Origin: Folioceros fuciformis
Taxonomy: Eukaryota
Direction of reading: 5' to 3'
Length of the DNA stretch: 37,586 nt
Assembly (NCBI GenBank): GCA_049999805.1
Contig: JBNGIO010006035.1
Coordinates: 1 to 37,586 of the forward strand
Under the pieces are notes generated by a model. It was not told the origin of the DNA. It saw only the letters and a list, made by a program, of their open reading frames with translations, and made no database searches. The stretch's first letter is position 1. Every line of letters starts with the position of its first letter. This document shows, piece by piece, positions 1-12,739 of the stretch. Made by a program: the position numbers and the translations under genes.

Positions 1-233
1 TCTCGTCCCCTCTCGTCCCTTGTCTTGGCTTCTCCTCTTCTGCATTCCACGTCCGACGTGATAGAATCCTCGTTTCGAACGCCATTAAAGCGGCAGGTTC
101 TAGAACGTGGCGAATCGCGCGCACCAGAGCTGTCGACTCCACCCTCTTCTTCCACCCCCAAAAGTATCAATAAAAAACCCCTCCTGCAAACAGCTCTCGG
201 GGCCGGACAGGCTCCTTCCCCGAGGCGATCATT

Positions 234-480
234 CCGGTCTCCGGTCTCCGGTCTCCAGTCCCCGGTCCCCGGTCACCAGTCTCCGGTCTCCCGCCTCCTT
301 CACGGCCATCCGTGACGCATCCATGCTGGGTCAGGGGAGCGTGAATCCACGGCGTCGAGGAGGAGAATCGACGGACGGAGACCCACGAGCGCAAGAGAGA
401 TGAGAGCGATAGGAAGATAAGACGCATGGGGTCCATGCTGCGGGAACCGGGAACTTGGAAACCGGCGACCGGCGACCGGG
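234..480. repeat. Heptamer arrays (CCRGTCN)x8 at 234-289 with opposite-orientation copies at 461-480; probable DNA-transposon subterminal region
   Basis: Seen: ccggtct x3, ccagtcc, ccggtcc, ccggtca, ccagtct, ccggtct; accggcgaccggcgaccggg at 461-480 is the reverse complement of the same unit type. The GC-rich block ends abruptly near 737. TE interpretation is inference. Confidence 0.55.
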
Positions 481-1797
481 GAGCGGGTGGCCTTCCTCCT
501 CGGGGGCAGCGCCGGCCTCGCTGCTTTTTTAAAAGCCTCCAGGCCTGCCAGGTGACTCCACTGATCGGCCGGCGCGAATCGCGATTCCAGTGGGAACGCG
601 CACCGATGCGGGAATAGGCTTTTCCGGCGCCGGCGAGCAGTTGGTGTTCCGACAGGGATCCCGGCCTGGGCCCGCCCGACTGCCACACGGGGACAGGACT
701 GGCCCGGCCCCTTTCTGCCCCGGATCTCAGCCTCCCCAACGTAACTTTATCACTTACCGCGCTCGGGTGACCTTGGCACGTAACTTACTCCACACACCAT
801 TTTCTCACAGGCACAAACTGGATTTAGATAACATACATATACGAAACCGTCATGTCATCCCGTTACATACTCAAACAAACAATTTGTTCGGATAACAGTG
901 ACGATGCTCATGTTTCTTCAGTCCATCCATCCATCCATCCACTCGTCCCTCAAGCTTAACGTGCAGGTCATCGTTCATGTAAAGGGTTTATGTGAAGGAG
1001 ATATAGATAACATATCCCGTAGTGGTACTCTTCCTCCTATAGTTGGTTGGTTGGTTCGCACATTTGCAACTTAATTAAATAACGGTAACAACAGTACCTA
1101 CAATTGTTGGTCCGTCCGTCCGCACTGCACTACCTTAACGTAACAGTTACGAAGCAAGTTGCACAGCGTTAAGGTCTTCGGTACTAGAAACCTTACGAGC
1201 AAAGAGATTGCTTCACCCAACAAGATCAATGGTACATGGAAACTTGTGATCGATGCAATGAGATCGCACTGCATGGTACTAGCAAAGCTTGAGAGCAACG
1301 GGATGGCACCGTGGCCGGCTGTTTGCTGTCAGTCAAGTCACAAGTACCCAGAAGGTTGTGAGCAAAGAAATCACATCTCCTAGCCCACGTCACAAGATTT
1401 TGTTTTATATATCCATGGCGCGGTAGCATGAACTTTTGGCGCCCACACCAACCTACCTCCATGTTACGCTGTCAGATGCGTCTTTGCTTTTGCAGAAGGT
1501 GGGCAGATCAGATTGGCTCAATCGTGGCCACATGATAGGTGCGTCATGGTGTCAGGCATCTCTATCCGGAACAGTATAGAAGTGGGTGCCTCACGATATC
1601 ACCTCACCTTATCGCTTTCCTTTCCCTTTCCTTTCCACACTTGTGTCATCACTCAATCTTTATTGATGCTACGTTGCGGGCATTATAAGGTTACTCTGCT
1701 TGTGGTGTAGCAAAGTGTAGTACATTGTACATTGTACATTGCACTGTGTTATGCTGCACTCTCGGGTGTCATATTTCAAACCTCACACGCGCTAAGC

Positions 1798-1931
1798 CTT
1801 AATCACTCTAGGTCCAGCTCACCGGCCCTTGATCACTCTGGGTCCAGCTCACTGCCCATTTACGCACTGCACATGTGCAAGATCATGCAATCAGATTCCT
1901 TCGTGTAGGATGGATTCCTTCGTGTAGGATG
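1798..1931. repeat. Two short tandem duplications (~30 bp and 19 bp units)
   Basis: cttaatcactctaggtccagctcac / cttgatcactctgggtccagctcac; gattccttcgtgtaggatg x2. Confidence 0.75.
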
Positions 1932-4755
1932 TTAGCATCCGCCTCACACCCATTACTGCTCTGAGAAAGGGAGCTAAGAGAGAGAGAGAGATCCGAGTGC
2001 AAGTGGAGTGTGGAATGAACCTCAAAGGGAGAGAGAGTTGTAAGTGTTGTATGGAATGAACTATTGCGTAGAAGAAGTAGCAGGTTGCATAGACTGTTCT
2101 TGACAAGTTAGCAAATCAAAGTAGGTGAGGAGGATGTTTAGTTGGGGGCAACATTGGGGGGCGCAGGTGCTGGTGCTGGCGGTGCTAATGCGTAACCGCC
2201 TGCCTGCAGAAAGCGGAGCCAGAAGACAGGCCTATCCAAGACTTGTGGAGTTTTATAATCGCTGGTCGGAGAAGCGAACCGGAAGAGAGTGAATTGAGCG
2301 TGGAGTCATGACCTCCTCCCTGCTCCCGCTCTTCGTAACCGCCAGCCCCAAATCGGTTAGGTGGCCGCTTGATTCTCTTCTCCCACGCACATTCCTTTTT
2401 CCTTCCCTTTTGCTTTGACTGCAGTCAAGCGGAGCCCGGGTATGGTGTGCATGGGCATGACGAGGGCATGCCATGACCACACATCCGCATGGCTCACATG
2501 CCTCATGCTGTGCGATGGCTTCTTGCATTTGACTCCGGCTTTGACCTGTTTGACTGGGTCACGCTTGTTTCTTCACTGATCCAATAAACAAAGGGGGAGG
2601 AGCCTAGGGGTGGTCCGGGTTCGGGCCCAGGTCCAGGGAGCTCTGGGACCCCCGGAGTCCGGGACTCTCAGACCTCACGCTCGCCCGCCTTTCTGGCCTG
2701 TACTTTCACTCAACTGGCTTTCGTATTAAACTATACAACTTGACTAGGCCAACGCAAGACACGGAGAATCAGCTCATACGAAAACAGACTCCTCCATCCC
2801 TCGCACGAGTTCATCATCGTTCCTTCTCCGCGAATGGGAGGCCATGCCAGGGAACAAACGGAAGCAGCTCACAAAGATCTGGTTTCACATTCGGGAAGGC
2901 TGTCGAAAACCCATCAGGATGGAGCAGAGCCCATGAAAATTCCCACCCAGAGTGGCTTCGGAACCGGCAGGTGGGGCAGCCCTTTCCTTCTGCAGAAGCC
3001 CATGGGGGCCTGGGGTCCGGCCAGGACCCCAGGTGTTACGCAAATGATAGAAGGCAGGCTTATTGCAGAGCAAAATGATGATGGATTATCGGAGAATTAT
3101 GATTGTGCTGGCGCCATTATGCAACTGATTATTCCCCGCGGGACTGGCTTGCTTTCGTCTTTGACTGTACTTGGCGGCCCAAGGCTATGATGGGGATGAG
3201 GATGGCATGGAGATGGATCTTTGATCTTGAGAGTTTGAACCTTCCTTGGCGAGAGTTAAATCTGGCGCAAAGTAACTGTTGCACGCAGCAGGTCCCACCA
3301 CCTGCCATCCCCCCCCTCCTCCGTTCCGTTCCACTGGCTTGCTTGCTTTGTGTGCTCCATCATCTGGATGGCCGGATCCTCGTTGGGAGGGGAGCTGGAA
3401 GGCGTGTAGATGTGGTGGTGGCTGTGTGCACCACCTCCTTTCGATGCTTGAGCAGATCGAGAGAGGAGGAGAAGAGCCCAACAAGAAACAAAAAAAGAGA
3501 AGACGAAGGAACGTTTGAACGTGATGCACATAGGAAGGAGATCCATGTAAGAAGGTGAAGGAGGAGGAAGAGGAGGAAGGAAGGGTTATGGTGTTCCAAG
3601 GGTGAGACATGTCTGGATATCCAATATGTTATGTACACACCGTTGTTTGGTTGGAGGAGGAGGAGGAGATATGGATTCCACCTAGCATTTTATGTATGTA
3701 TGTAGGCCCACATGTGTTGCCGCTTGTACGTTTGTTTCCACGCTGTACCAGCAGCAGCACCAAGAGCAACAACTTTATGGGTTATGAAGCTATGAAATTG
3801 GCCAACACCATCCAACACCCCAGTTGAGATTGGAGTTCCCACTCGAATGCAGTCCTTGCTGTCGGCAGCTTTGTTGATGGCATCCATCCATTCAAAGCCT
3901 TTGTTCTCAGGTTACAGGAGCTTGGGATGAGGAAGACGAAGAAAGGACGGGAATGAATGGTGACGACTGGAAGAGGGGGAGAACGGACGGAAAGAGTCGA
4001 GAGCGAATGGCAAAGCAAGTAATGCGAGTCTGCGAGGGAATCATGGGCGCGGCACTGAGAGCAGTGCGCACTGGAGGAGGGGGGGCGAGGGGGGGAGCGG
4101 GGTGGCGCGCGTGCCAGGGGGGAGTGATGCGTCGCCATCGCGAGGGGAGCACTGGCGGAGCTGCTTGAATGATGCTTGCAGGGCAGGCCCAGAGGGCCAG
4201 GCCTGGCTGGGCGGGGCAGCGGGAGTTGGTGAGAGTCCACACCGGGGCCCAGTGGCCCATGCCAGATCAAGTACCTGCTGCTGCCCTGCTGTCGCTCATG
4301 TGCTGCGCCTTGTAAGGAACAGGGCTGGGAATCAAACAGTACTTTAGCCCAGCTCGAACTTCTACTGGCCAGGCAAAGGTTAGATAAGTGTGGCGACCGC
4401 GCATGTTGGAGAAGAGGCTCCGGGCCGGGGCTGGAGCTGGGGCTGGGGCCCGGGCTTGGTCTCTGCCCCGGCATAACGACCTCAAATTTGGGGCGGACTA
4501 GGGAAAAAAAAACCACGAGTAGGCGACGGGAGGGTGGGACAGAGCCTGGTAGGGTAGGAAGCAAAGGAAACCCGGGTTGCTGCTGTACTTTGCTTGAAGC
4601 AGCATGGGGGTGTGTGACTGTGCGTATGTATGTACTTGGCAGGTTGGCAGTGCACACCGCCCAATCGTCAACCAGGGCTGCCTGGCCTCGCCCCATTTGA
4701 TACGCTAGTCGCATCCACACATAAGCCAGCTGCACTGCATTGCTGTGGATGTGAT

Positions 4756-5059
4756 CAGCATCAAAAGCCACTAGGATTCTCCACCGCCCACAACGAGAAT
4801 AGACCAGACCTTTGCTGCACGCATCACCATCGGCGATGCATGCAGCAAGGTGAAGTGAAATGTGGAACCCACAAACCTCAGCACCGGCGCTGGCGTGTTA
4901 TGGATGCACTCTGGAATTAGCATTCAAAACTCACTAAGATTGTCCACCGCCCACAACCAGAATCGAGGGCTGAGCCCGCCGAGGATGTGACCAGGTGAGA
5001 TGTGGACAATTTGTGTACCTCTTGGACAGGCCGGTGATCATGCTGCATGCATCACCATC
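4756..5059. repeat. Degenerate direct repeat
   Basis: agcatcaaaagccactaggattctccaccgcccacaacgagaat (~4758) vs agcattcaaaactcactaagattgtccaccgcccacaaccagaat (~4919); tgctgcaYgcatcaccatc at ~4813 and ~5041. Confidence 0.6.
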
Positions 5060-6346
5060 TGTGATGTTGAGGCATCTATCTATATTGGGTATCGGCCACA
5101 AGCTTCCGCTGAAGCCTGCTGCTCCTGCTTCTGCTTGTGCTTCTCCTGCTGCGGCTGGGATGCATGTGGTCGGAGGGGGAGCAGTCAGAAAGAAGTGGGT
5201 CGTACCCCGTCGTCCTGAAGGGAGCGTGGCTCCACCCCCCAACTCCTGGACGCGATTCCAGCTGCAGGGTCCCGGGGATCCAGATTTCAGATCCCCGCCT
5301 CTCACGACCCACAGCAGGCTGCGGAGGAAAGTAGGGGGAAAACCCTATTGGTGGGCGATAGGGCTGCCCCCCCACTGGGACTGGGCCCTTTTCCGGTGGG
5401 CCGCCGATAGCGTTCCAACAGAAGTAGAAGCAGAAGGAGAAGCCACAGCCTGCCTCCCTGACTGCTCCAGACATTACTTCATATAATATACTGTGCATGG
5501 ATGGATATTCGGTGCGAAGGCGAATGCGAATGCGAGGGCAAGGGGAGGGAGTTCAAAATACTTGTGCTTGCAGAAGCAACAGCAGCAGCATCAGCTGCAG
5601 CACAGGGTGGGGATGTGGATGTGCATGGCTGGTGGATGATGATTGGCGCGTCTTAATAATGGGTGGATTTAAGAAGGCGCATTGATGGCCATGTTACCCA
5701 GCTCCAACCCCATATCAGAGGAATCTGTCCCATTTATGGGCCATGCAACAGCCTTCCATGAACGTGAAGCAGATGAATCGAAAGAGCGAACGTCGCCTTA
5801 ACCTACTTTATTCCCTTCTCCTCCCTTCCACCCCTCGCTTTTCCTTTTAGCCGCTCCACGTGCTAGTTGCGTATGCGCCACACTTTTTGTGGGCGGTTCA
5901 AGGGTTTTCGTGGGCAGTTGGAATTTTTATCCCTTCTGCCCCTTTTAGGTTTCCAGACCTTGCCACGAGTAATATATGAAAAGGATTTCAAAATTACCAG
6001 TGTCTGACTGCAGTCTCACAGACAAGACACGAGAAAAGAAAGCAAGGTCTGGGTGACGCTTGCGATACTAGTGAGTTGAGGCAATGATCCGGGTGCCGCG
6101 CTGTGCTATGCTATGCTGTGCGAGAGCCTCACATGAGGCGGTCGCAAAATCCCAACTGCAACTCGCCATGAGTAGACAGGAGGAGGACACAAGGCCATCA
6201 ATGGCCGACCTCGTCCTCCCTCCGCCGAAAGCAGCGTCCTCCCCCAAAAACACTCCCAACCGAAAGACATAACATGGCGTACAGTGAACACGACTGCAGG
6301 GAGACAGGCGCTGCTGGGCGCCTCCCAGCACATCTGTGACTGCCAA

Positions 6347-9236
6347 TCACATGTAGTGGTCGGAGATCGTCCTTTCGGAAAAGTCCCCGAAGTTGAGCAC
6401 ATTAGACGCTTGTTCTGGAGCCTGAACAGGGAGAGACTTGAGTCAGTGCAGAGCTGTGGGATCCGAGATGGGGAAGGTGCGAGAAGGAGGGAAGCTGGCT
6501 GTGAGCTAACCCAGGATTTGATGTTAGAAACGTACTTGGTCTTGTCCTCGGAGATGTGGGGGTTGCATTGGTTCGTCCCTGCTCGGTGCCATCGTCTCGG
6601 GTTACTTGGACGCTGCCAACACCCCCCCAAAAAAAAAAAAACAAAACTGTTGGGCACAAAACGCAAGGGCACGGAGAGCCTTATACCATTGAGGCTGCAA
6701 GAAAAGGGCAAACGTGTTTCGAGATACTCCAGCAGCCAGCTCCCCGTGAGCAGCCTGTGTTCAGTAAAATGGCTGTCATCAACGACCCACGTAATCTCTG
6801 AATGATCGCAGAAGAGCAAGACTGTGGAACACATGCTAACCTTGACACAATGTGGAGTTGCATGATACAGGCCGCCAGACAGGACCTCTGTCGCTTCACC
6901 CATCTGGAACGCTATGTCATTCTTCCCGTACTCAGCCTGCATTGAACGCTTACAAGATGCTTCAGAGAGAGATCAAGACGCAGTGGCGACCAACACGCCG
7001 ACTCGAGGTTGTTACCAGGCTTTTGCACGCAGCATCTTAAGCAAACATAGTATGCCGGCACGCTTGCATCTTGGCACAGCAAGAGAGGCTGCCGACACAC
7101 ACTGTCAGCTGTAAACATCACCTACAGCTACTCACAATGAGGTGCAATCCTTCTCAAATTCTAAGATGGCCAACAAGTAAAAGCATGTCAACCTTCACAA
7201 TGTTTCCAGCTGCGTTCTTTACGTAAAGACCAGCTTCTGCATCTGGACAAGGTACTTCCAGCCCCTCCTTTGTGTAAAGTGCACAGGTAAGGCCTGCATG
7301 TAATTACCCGGCTTCATGATCAAACACAAAGTTGTCGCATTTTTGACACAACTTATCCAGCGCAGGCTAAGGCATACATGGCTACATTGAAGAAAACACC
7401 AACGAAACAGCTTTCTGCTGAGGTTTTAACCCCACATTTCCTGACACACCAAGGGCAAGCTCTCAATAAGTTTAACGCAAATTAGACTCCTAGAGATCAC
7501 AAAGAGCACTCCATCACAAGGCATACATGAACACCTGTAAGAGAACCATGATCGACATGCCATCCACACCAGGAAGAGATTCGCTCAAGGCTTCGTGCAC
7601 CCGCACTATACAGATTATACAAGCAAAGTGAGTCCACATATCAAAGAAGAAAGAAAGATCTTTTCACAGCAAAAAGTGTTGTACTTGAGACGAGTACACA
7701 CAATTCACACAATTGCATAATGCAGGATATTGTGTGATACCTAGAAGGAGCTGGGAAATAATGCAGCAGCCTGCCTTTGTGACACCGAGACTGTTGTAAA
7801 GACCTTTGAAGGTACCAATGCTGCTCACGTGGGTTCCTTTGTGAAACTGCAAGTCATAAAATGAAATGACTTACTTCAGTGCTGCTCACAAAGATGGTCT
7901 CAACTAAGATTTCATCAAAGAGATGCTTACAATACTTGTCACAATGATACGCCAGCTGCAGCCCCACATCAAAGATGAGCCTCCCAGCTTGCTTAAATGC
8001 TGCAATCATGGAGATTGGTGTAAACCGCAAGCAAATGTACGACAGCCAAAGCGATAGCAGTACTGTAGAGTTTATACTTGACTCAAGTTCAGGAAGTCGA
8101 GACTTTGGCCACAGATTTGGTCTGCAGTACGAAGGATATCTGCACAGGGAAAGGGCTGTCAGTCGGGGGGTTTAAAGTCAAGCTACCTGTAAACGCTACA
8201 TTCATTCCTCACATCTCACAAACGTGATGCAAGACACAGCACACCTGGATGACGCAGTTATCAAGCCAAAATTGTACCACCACAGAGGAAACACCTCAAC
8301 AAAACGAGCCACGGAAACCGCAAAACATACTTCACCTCTTCTTAAGATGTTCATCTTTGGTAGGTTCGTCTAGAAGTGGATTTGCATAGAATGATCCTTT
8401 CAAAATATCTGTGGGCAAAATGCACAACACCTTGACATCCAACACATCTGATCACAAGCTCCTAAGCTGATACAGTGGAATGAAGCGGCAGTTCAACCGG
8501 TCTTGAGAGGAATCAAGAACACTGCACATACCAGGTCGGCCAGACTCCAAGATCTCCTTGCCATGACTCCATCCAAAAGAGTACCTGCAAAAACCACGTG
8601 TTACGCCGAGCCCGAACAGCCGAGAAACTGTCGAACAGGTCTATTGGACACCGTTGTCTCCTTCCTGAGTTTCCGATGAGATTTTCTTTCCGTAGGGCAA
8701 GAGTCCACACACCTGCTGTCCGGGTCTTCTAGCTGCCTTTTCTCCTCCTCTGGAAGGGAAGCGACACTGCCACGATTCCAAACAGCTATACCATCGATTC
8801 AACAGAAATAACAGGAATGGCAAAGAAGAAAAAGTGCAGTTACCTACCGTTCGGCCAGTAATAGCAACCTGCTTCGCAATTCAGGGTATCCGGGGACCTG
8901 CAAGCGGACGCATCTCGTACTGTCAACCCCAAGGCTCCGTCCCCTCCTTCAAGTAAGACCTCCGGAGTGTGGAGTTACTTCTGAGACAGCGATGATGCCC
9001 AAACCACTCCGGCCAAATCCCTGCTCCAGCTTCTCTGAAAGATCGATTTCTTTGCTCTGCAATAGGAACCCTAGTCAAGTTGCAAGCTAGCATGTGTGCC
9101 TAAGTCGAGCCGGCTATCGAACCAGGCAATTTGAATAATATTCTTGCATTTCGCTGCCTCACAGCCAGGAAGAAGTACACACCAACAGACGGCTGTAGTT
9201 GATGGTCACAACAGGCCCCGCTCCAAAGGATGCCAT
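6347..9236 (-). CDS. 2-oxoglutarate/Fe(II)-dependent dioxygenase (At4g13400-like), ~350 aa, 15 exons
   Basis: GT-AG exons join in frame: 9236-9183, 9056-8979, 8897-8848, 8766-8713, 8584-8532, 8408-8336, 8139-8078, 7999-7931, 7846-7741, 7605-7535, 7293-7193, 6936-6841, 6754-6687, 6578-6536, 6421-6347. Motifs YSFGWSHGKE, KGSFYANP, RCHKGRLLHYFP, WCGWHVDHGSLTG (HxD), ATPHCV (distal His), RNTFALFLQP. Confidence 0.93.
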
Positions 9237-9355
9237 CGAACACGGTATCCGCACGACAAATACAGACAAAAGTGAGGAACGAAATTTAATGGTCCATACG
9301 CGTGAGGCCACAATAACTTGCAGCTGAACCCCGAGAAACCTGAGTCGGCGGAGGG
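9237..9355. promoter_or_regulatory. Very short bidirectional promoter/5'UTR region between the dioxygenase and RRP45
   Basis: Divergent ATGs at 9236 (-) and 9356 (+), 119 bp apart. Confidence 0.65.
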
Positions 9356-11416
9356 ATGGGGACCATCTCTCTCAACGAGAAGAGCTTCATCCAGGCAGCA
9401 CTGCTTGCAGAGCAGCGTATTGATGGCCGTGGCCTCTTTGATTTGCGGCCTCCTGTCATCGGATTTGCCAGGTACTTAACTGATCTATTTCAGTGCAGAG
9501 ATTCCACCAGCAGGTTTGCTCATCCACTGACGGCTTGGTTCTTTCAGAGAGGATGGTGCAGTGGAAGTTCAGCAAGGTGAAACGAGGATTGTGGCAGTGG
9601 CAAGTGGGCAGCTAGAAGCACCCTATCCCGACCGGCCAAATGAAGGTTCACTGGCTATCTTCACGGAATTTTCACCCATGGCTGATCCTTCGTTTGAGCC
9701 TGGACGACCAGGGGAACTAGCAGTGGAGCTTGGCCGAATCGTGGACCGAGGTCTACGGTAACCAAGCTCGTACTCTGTGTGAAAACAGCAGGGATTCCAT
9801 CCTCCAATAGCTGAGATGTTAGTGTGGTTTTTATGCAGGGAGAGCAAGGCGGTGGATACAGAGGCTTTGTGTGTTGTGGCAGGCAAAGCAGTCTGGGCAA
9901 TTCGGTTGGATTTGCATATTCTGGATAATGGGGGGTACGTATTTTACTGACCATCTTGTTGTGGTCTTTTGCAGAATTGAGTCGTTGCAGCTCTTTGTTG
10001 GTCTACATGAACAACCTTGCTCTTTCCTTGTTGTGTTGTCAGGAATCTGGTGGATGTTGCCAACGTTGCAGCTTTAGCTGCCCTTCTTTCCTTCCGCCGG
10101 CCTGAATGTGGCCTTGGTGGCCCTGATGGCCAGGAAGTTGTTGTCTATCCACCGGAGGTTCAATTCCTGTATTTCCTGCTGTTGACTTGGTCCTTGAATT
10201 TTATACATCTTCCTCACACGGGTGTCCTTGGCAGGTGCGAGAACCTATTCCCTTGAGCATTCATCATCTTCCAATTGCTGTTACTTTTGCCTTCTTTGGA
10301 GATGGCGAGCTCTTGGTGAGTGATTATGTGTCTCCTTTCATCGAATGTAACTTCTCTGAAAATCGCAAGGGGTGTGTGCATACATTTATGGTGTTAAATT
10401 CTGTTGGCAGGTCGTGGATCCTGGCTTGAAAGAGGAAGCAATTATGAGAGGACGGTTAACTGTTACGGCTAATGCACATGGGGAGATTTGTGCAATTCAG
10501 AAAGGTGGAGGTGTGGGAGTGAGCACCAGTGAAGTCATGCGTTGCGTACGGATCGCCTCAGCTAAAGCAGTTGAGGTTACAGATATTTTGCGAAAAGCGG
10601 TACGTGGTTTAGTGCCGTCCTTGAGCATGCATGCATTTGCGAAAGGCTCTTTGCAGAGAAGGAAAGCTCATGGCTTCCATGATGTATGTGATGCAGGTTG
10701 ACGCGCACGAGATTGAAAGGACTCAAAGGAAACTTCGAAGGCATAGGAAAGTCGAGGTGCAAACAGACTCCCTAGTTCTGAATCAGTCGTCTATGAAAGA
10801 CGTGGAAATGCTGGACGGAGCCGGGAGTGCCGTTTCACAAGAGCAGAAACTGGTGTTGACTTGCAAGGAGATAATCAAGTCTAGGGGAGGGGATGAATCT
10901 ATCGCTGAATTGGACGATGAGCTTGGCACTAGTGACAGCGAGGAAGAAGACGTAGAAGTGAAAAAAGCTGTTATTGGGAGGCCAAAGAAGAAGACGAAGC
11001 TTGAAAGCAGCAAGCAGGGGTCTAAGAGGGAGAGCCTCGCCATGTCTCAAGAAGCTCGGCCATTGGGTACACAACCAAGTCTCTGGAATGCCCCAGCTTT
11101 GGATGCTGCAGATGCAAAGGCAGCCAGTGAGGTAGACGAGCTGCTCAAAAGCATCAGTGCCAAGACTCCAGCTACAAGAGTTTCCTCCAGTTTGTCAGGT
11201 GTTTCTGTGGGAAGGGGCGTAGAGGCAGCTGCTGCTGTGTATGCTGACATTGACCTCGAGCAGAGAGCTCATCAACACTCTCGGCCCTTGGGTCCGGTCT
11301 TTCCAATTTTAGGGTCTGCACCAGAAGGGAAGGAGTTGACATCCAATGTAGCTGCCACAGATGTTGGCAAGAAGGACAATAAGAGGAAGAAACCTCGGGG
11401 ATCCCATAATTCGTGA
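9356..11416 (+). CDS. RRP45: Exosome complex RNase PH-like subunit RRP45 with long C-terminal extension, ~508 aa, 7 exons
   Basis: Exons 9356-9471, 9548-9757, 9839-9934, 10043-10157, 10235-10315, 10411-10599, 10697-11416. Motifs RIDGRG, PYPDRPNEGSLAIFTEFSPMADPSFEPGRPG, LHILDNGGNLVD, HHLPIAVTF, ICAIQKGGG. Confidence 0.96.
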
Positions 11417-11839
11417 AACTGTAATACTTTTATTTGCTGACCTTTCCTTGTCTTCTGAAAAGGAGTTGGATATCCTCCTCTGGTCGAAGCAAACGTGTGC
11501 ATGAATGAAGACGGAGGAGTGTACTGCCAGGGACACCTGCTTGCATCTCAAGTCACGCTTGCTTTTTCCTGGTAAGGTGACATGCTTGTGCTGTAAGTAA
11601 GTGCTCACTGTTGTTGTTGTATTTCTTAACATTGCAGCTCGCACGTTAAGTCATAAGTTGAGTGTGCATAGCTATGGTGTACTTTCTCAACTCTGCAACT
11701 GTTGACCTTCTGTTGTCAAGGCAGACGAAATGCATGCCACAACGCGACATGAAGGTAGGAAATGGTCCTCCTTAGATTGTCCTTGGATTGTGTACTAAGC
11801 CATGAAGGCTAAGGTGACTGGCCAACTTGCAAAGGACGC

Positions 11840-12600
11840 AGCGCCATTGGCTGCGGCTAGCAACGAGTTCGAGTTGGTGTGCTGCCCTCGAGCTAGCAAG
11901 TCCTGCGCAGTTGTGTGAAAGCACTTGAAAGTTAAGAACCCTCCTCCACCACCTGATGTGCTGAGATGTGCATCAAGCCGGGCATCATTCAGGCAGTGCG
12001 GCTACAGTTGGGCATCTCTGGCCCTAGTCTTTGACGAGTCTTCAGCATCTTTCAAGGACTATCAGCGCGTACTGGCTTGTCAGCCAATGTCAGGTAGCGC
12101 TGACGAGTTCATCATCCCATCAGTCTTCTCCAGCCTGTTACAGGTCTCTTATGAAATTCCAAGCTTCCATGAGCGTTGAACCTCGTTTACCCCACCTCGG
12201 ATGTCAGTTTATAGCAGGACCGATAATGTTGTGAATAGATTCCTATGGACAGATCTCCAACCATATCGAAAGCCACAAGCAACCCATCCTGAACGCTGTA
12301 CACCCTCAAATAAAGCCGCTAGTCTCGGTTTCCTGTTCCAAGAAATGCCGTCGCTGTAGTCGACTAGAACTTGTGGCTGGCAAATGTCACGAGCCTTGGG
12401 CTGCGGGTTCTTGAGCAGGTCAAGTGGCCACATGGAACATTGCTGGAATACCAAAGCCTCGAAGTTTGCTGTCGGTCGGGATAAAATTCTGACGTGATCG
12501 GATTCAAGACCCGCTCGGCATCAATCAGTCAGGACAGGGTCCTACAGTGAAAAGTGCATGGCTTCAAATGGCCACGACTCCCTCATTCGAAACACCATTG
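11840..12600 (+). pseudogene. Possible decayed F-box-associated domain fragment
   Basis: Broken frames give LAAASNEFELVCC, KNPPPPP, LALVFDESSASFK and SAWLQMATTP, loosely resembling plant F-box C-terminal segments. No F-box motif seen. Confidence 0.25.
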
Positions 12601-12739
12601 TTCCATCCGATAGAAGTAGTCGTGCGGGCGAGCTTACAAGAACGGCGTAGAAATGCGTCTTAGTGTACCATCACAAATCATGTGAGTGCCCCAGTCCAAG
12701 ACGACATTCATCGACAGTGATCCCCGGAAATTTTTCATC

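Noticed and set aside
2605-2700. TAGGGGTGGTCCGGG as a hAT terminal repeat
   Set aside because: No matching inverted terminus or 8-bp TSD found in the window
3782-5498. Long ORFs (329 aa and others) in the 3-5.5 kb region
   Set aside because: Low-complexity GC-rich translations with no recognisable domain or consistent exon chain
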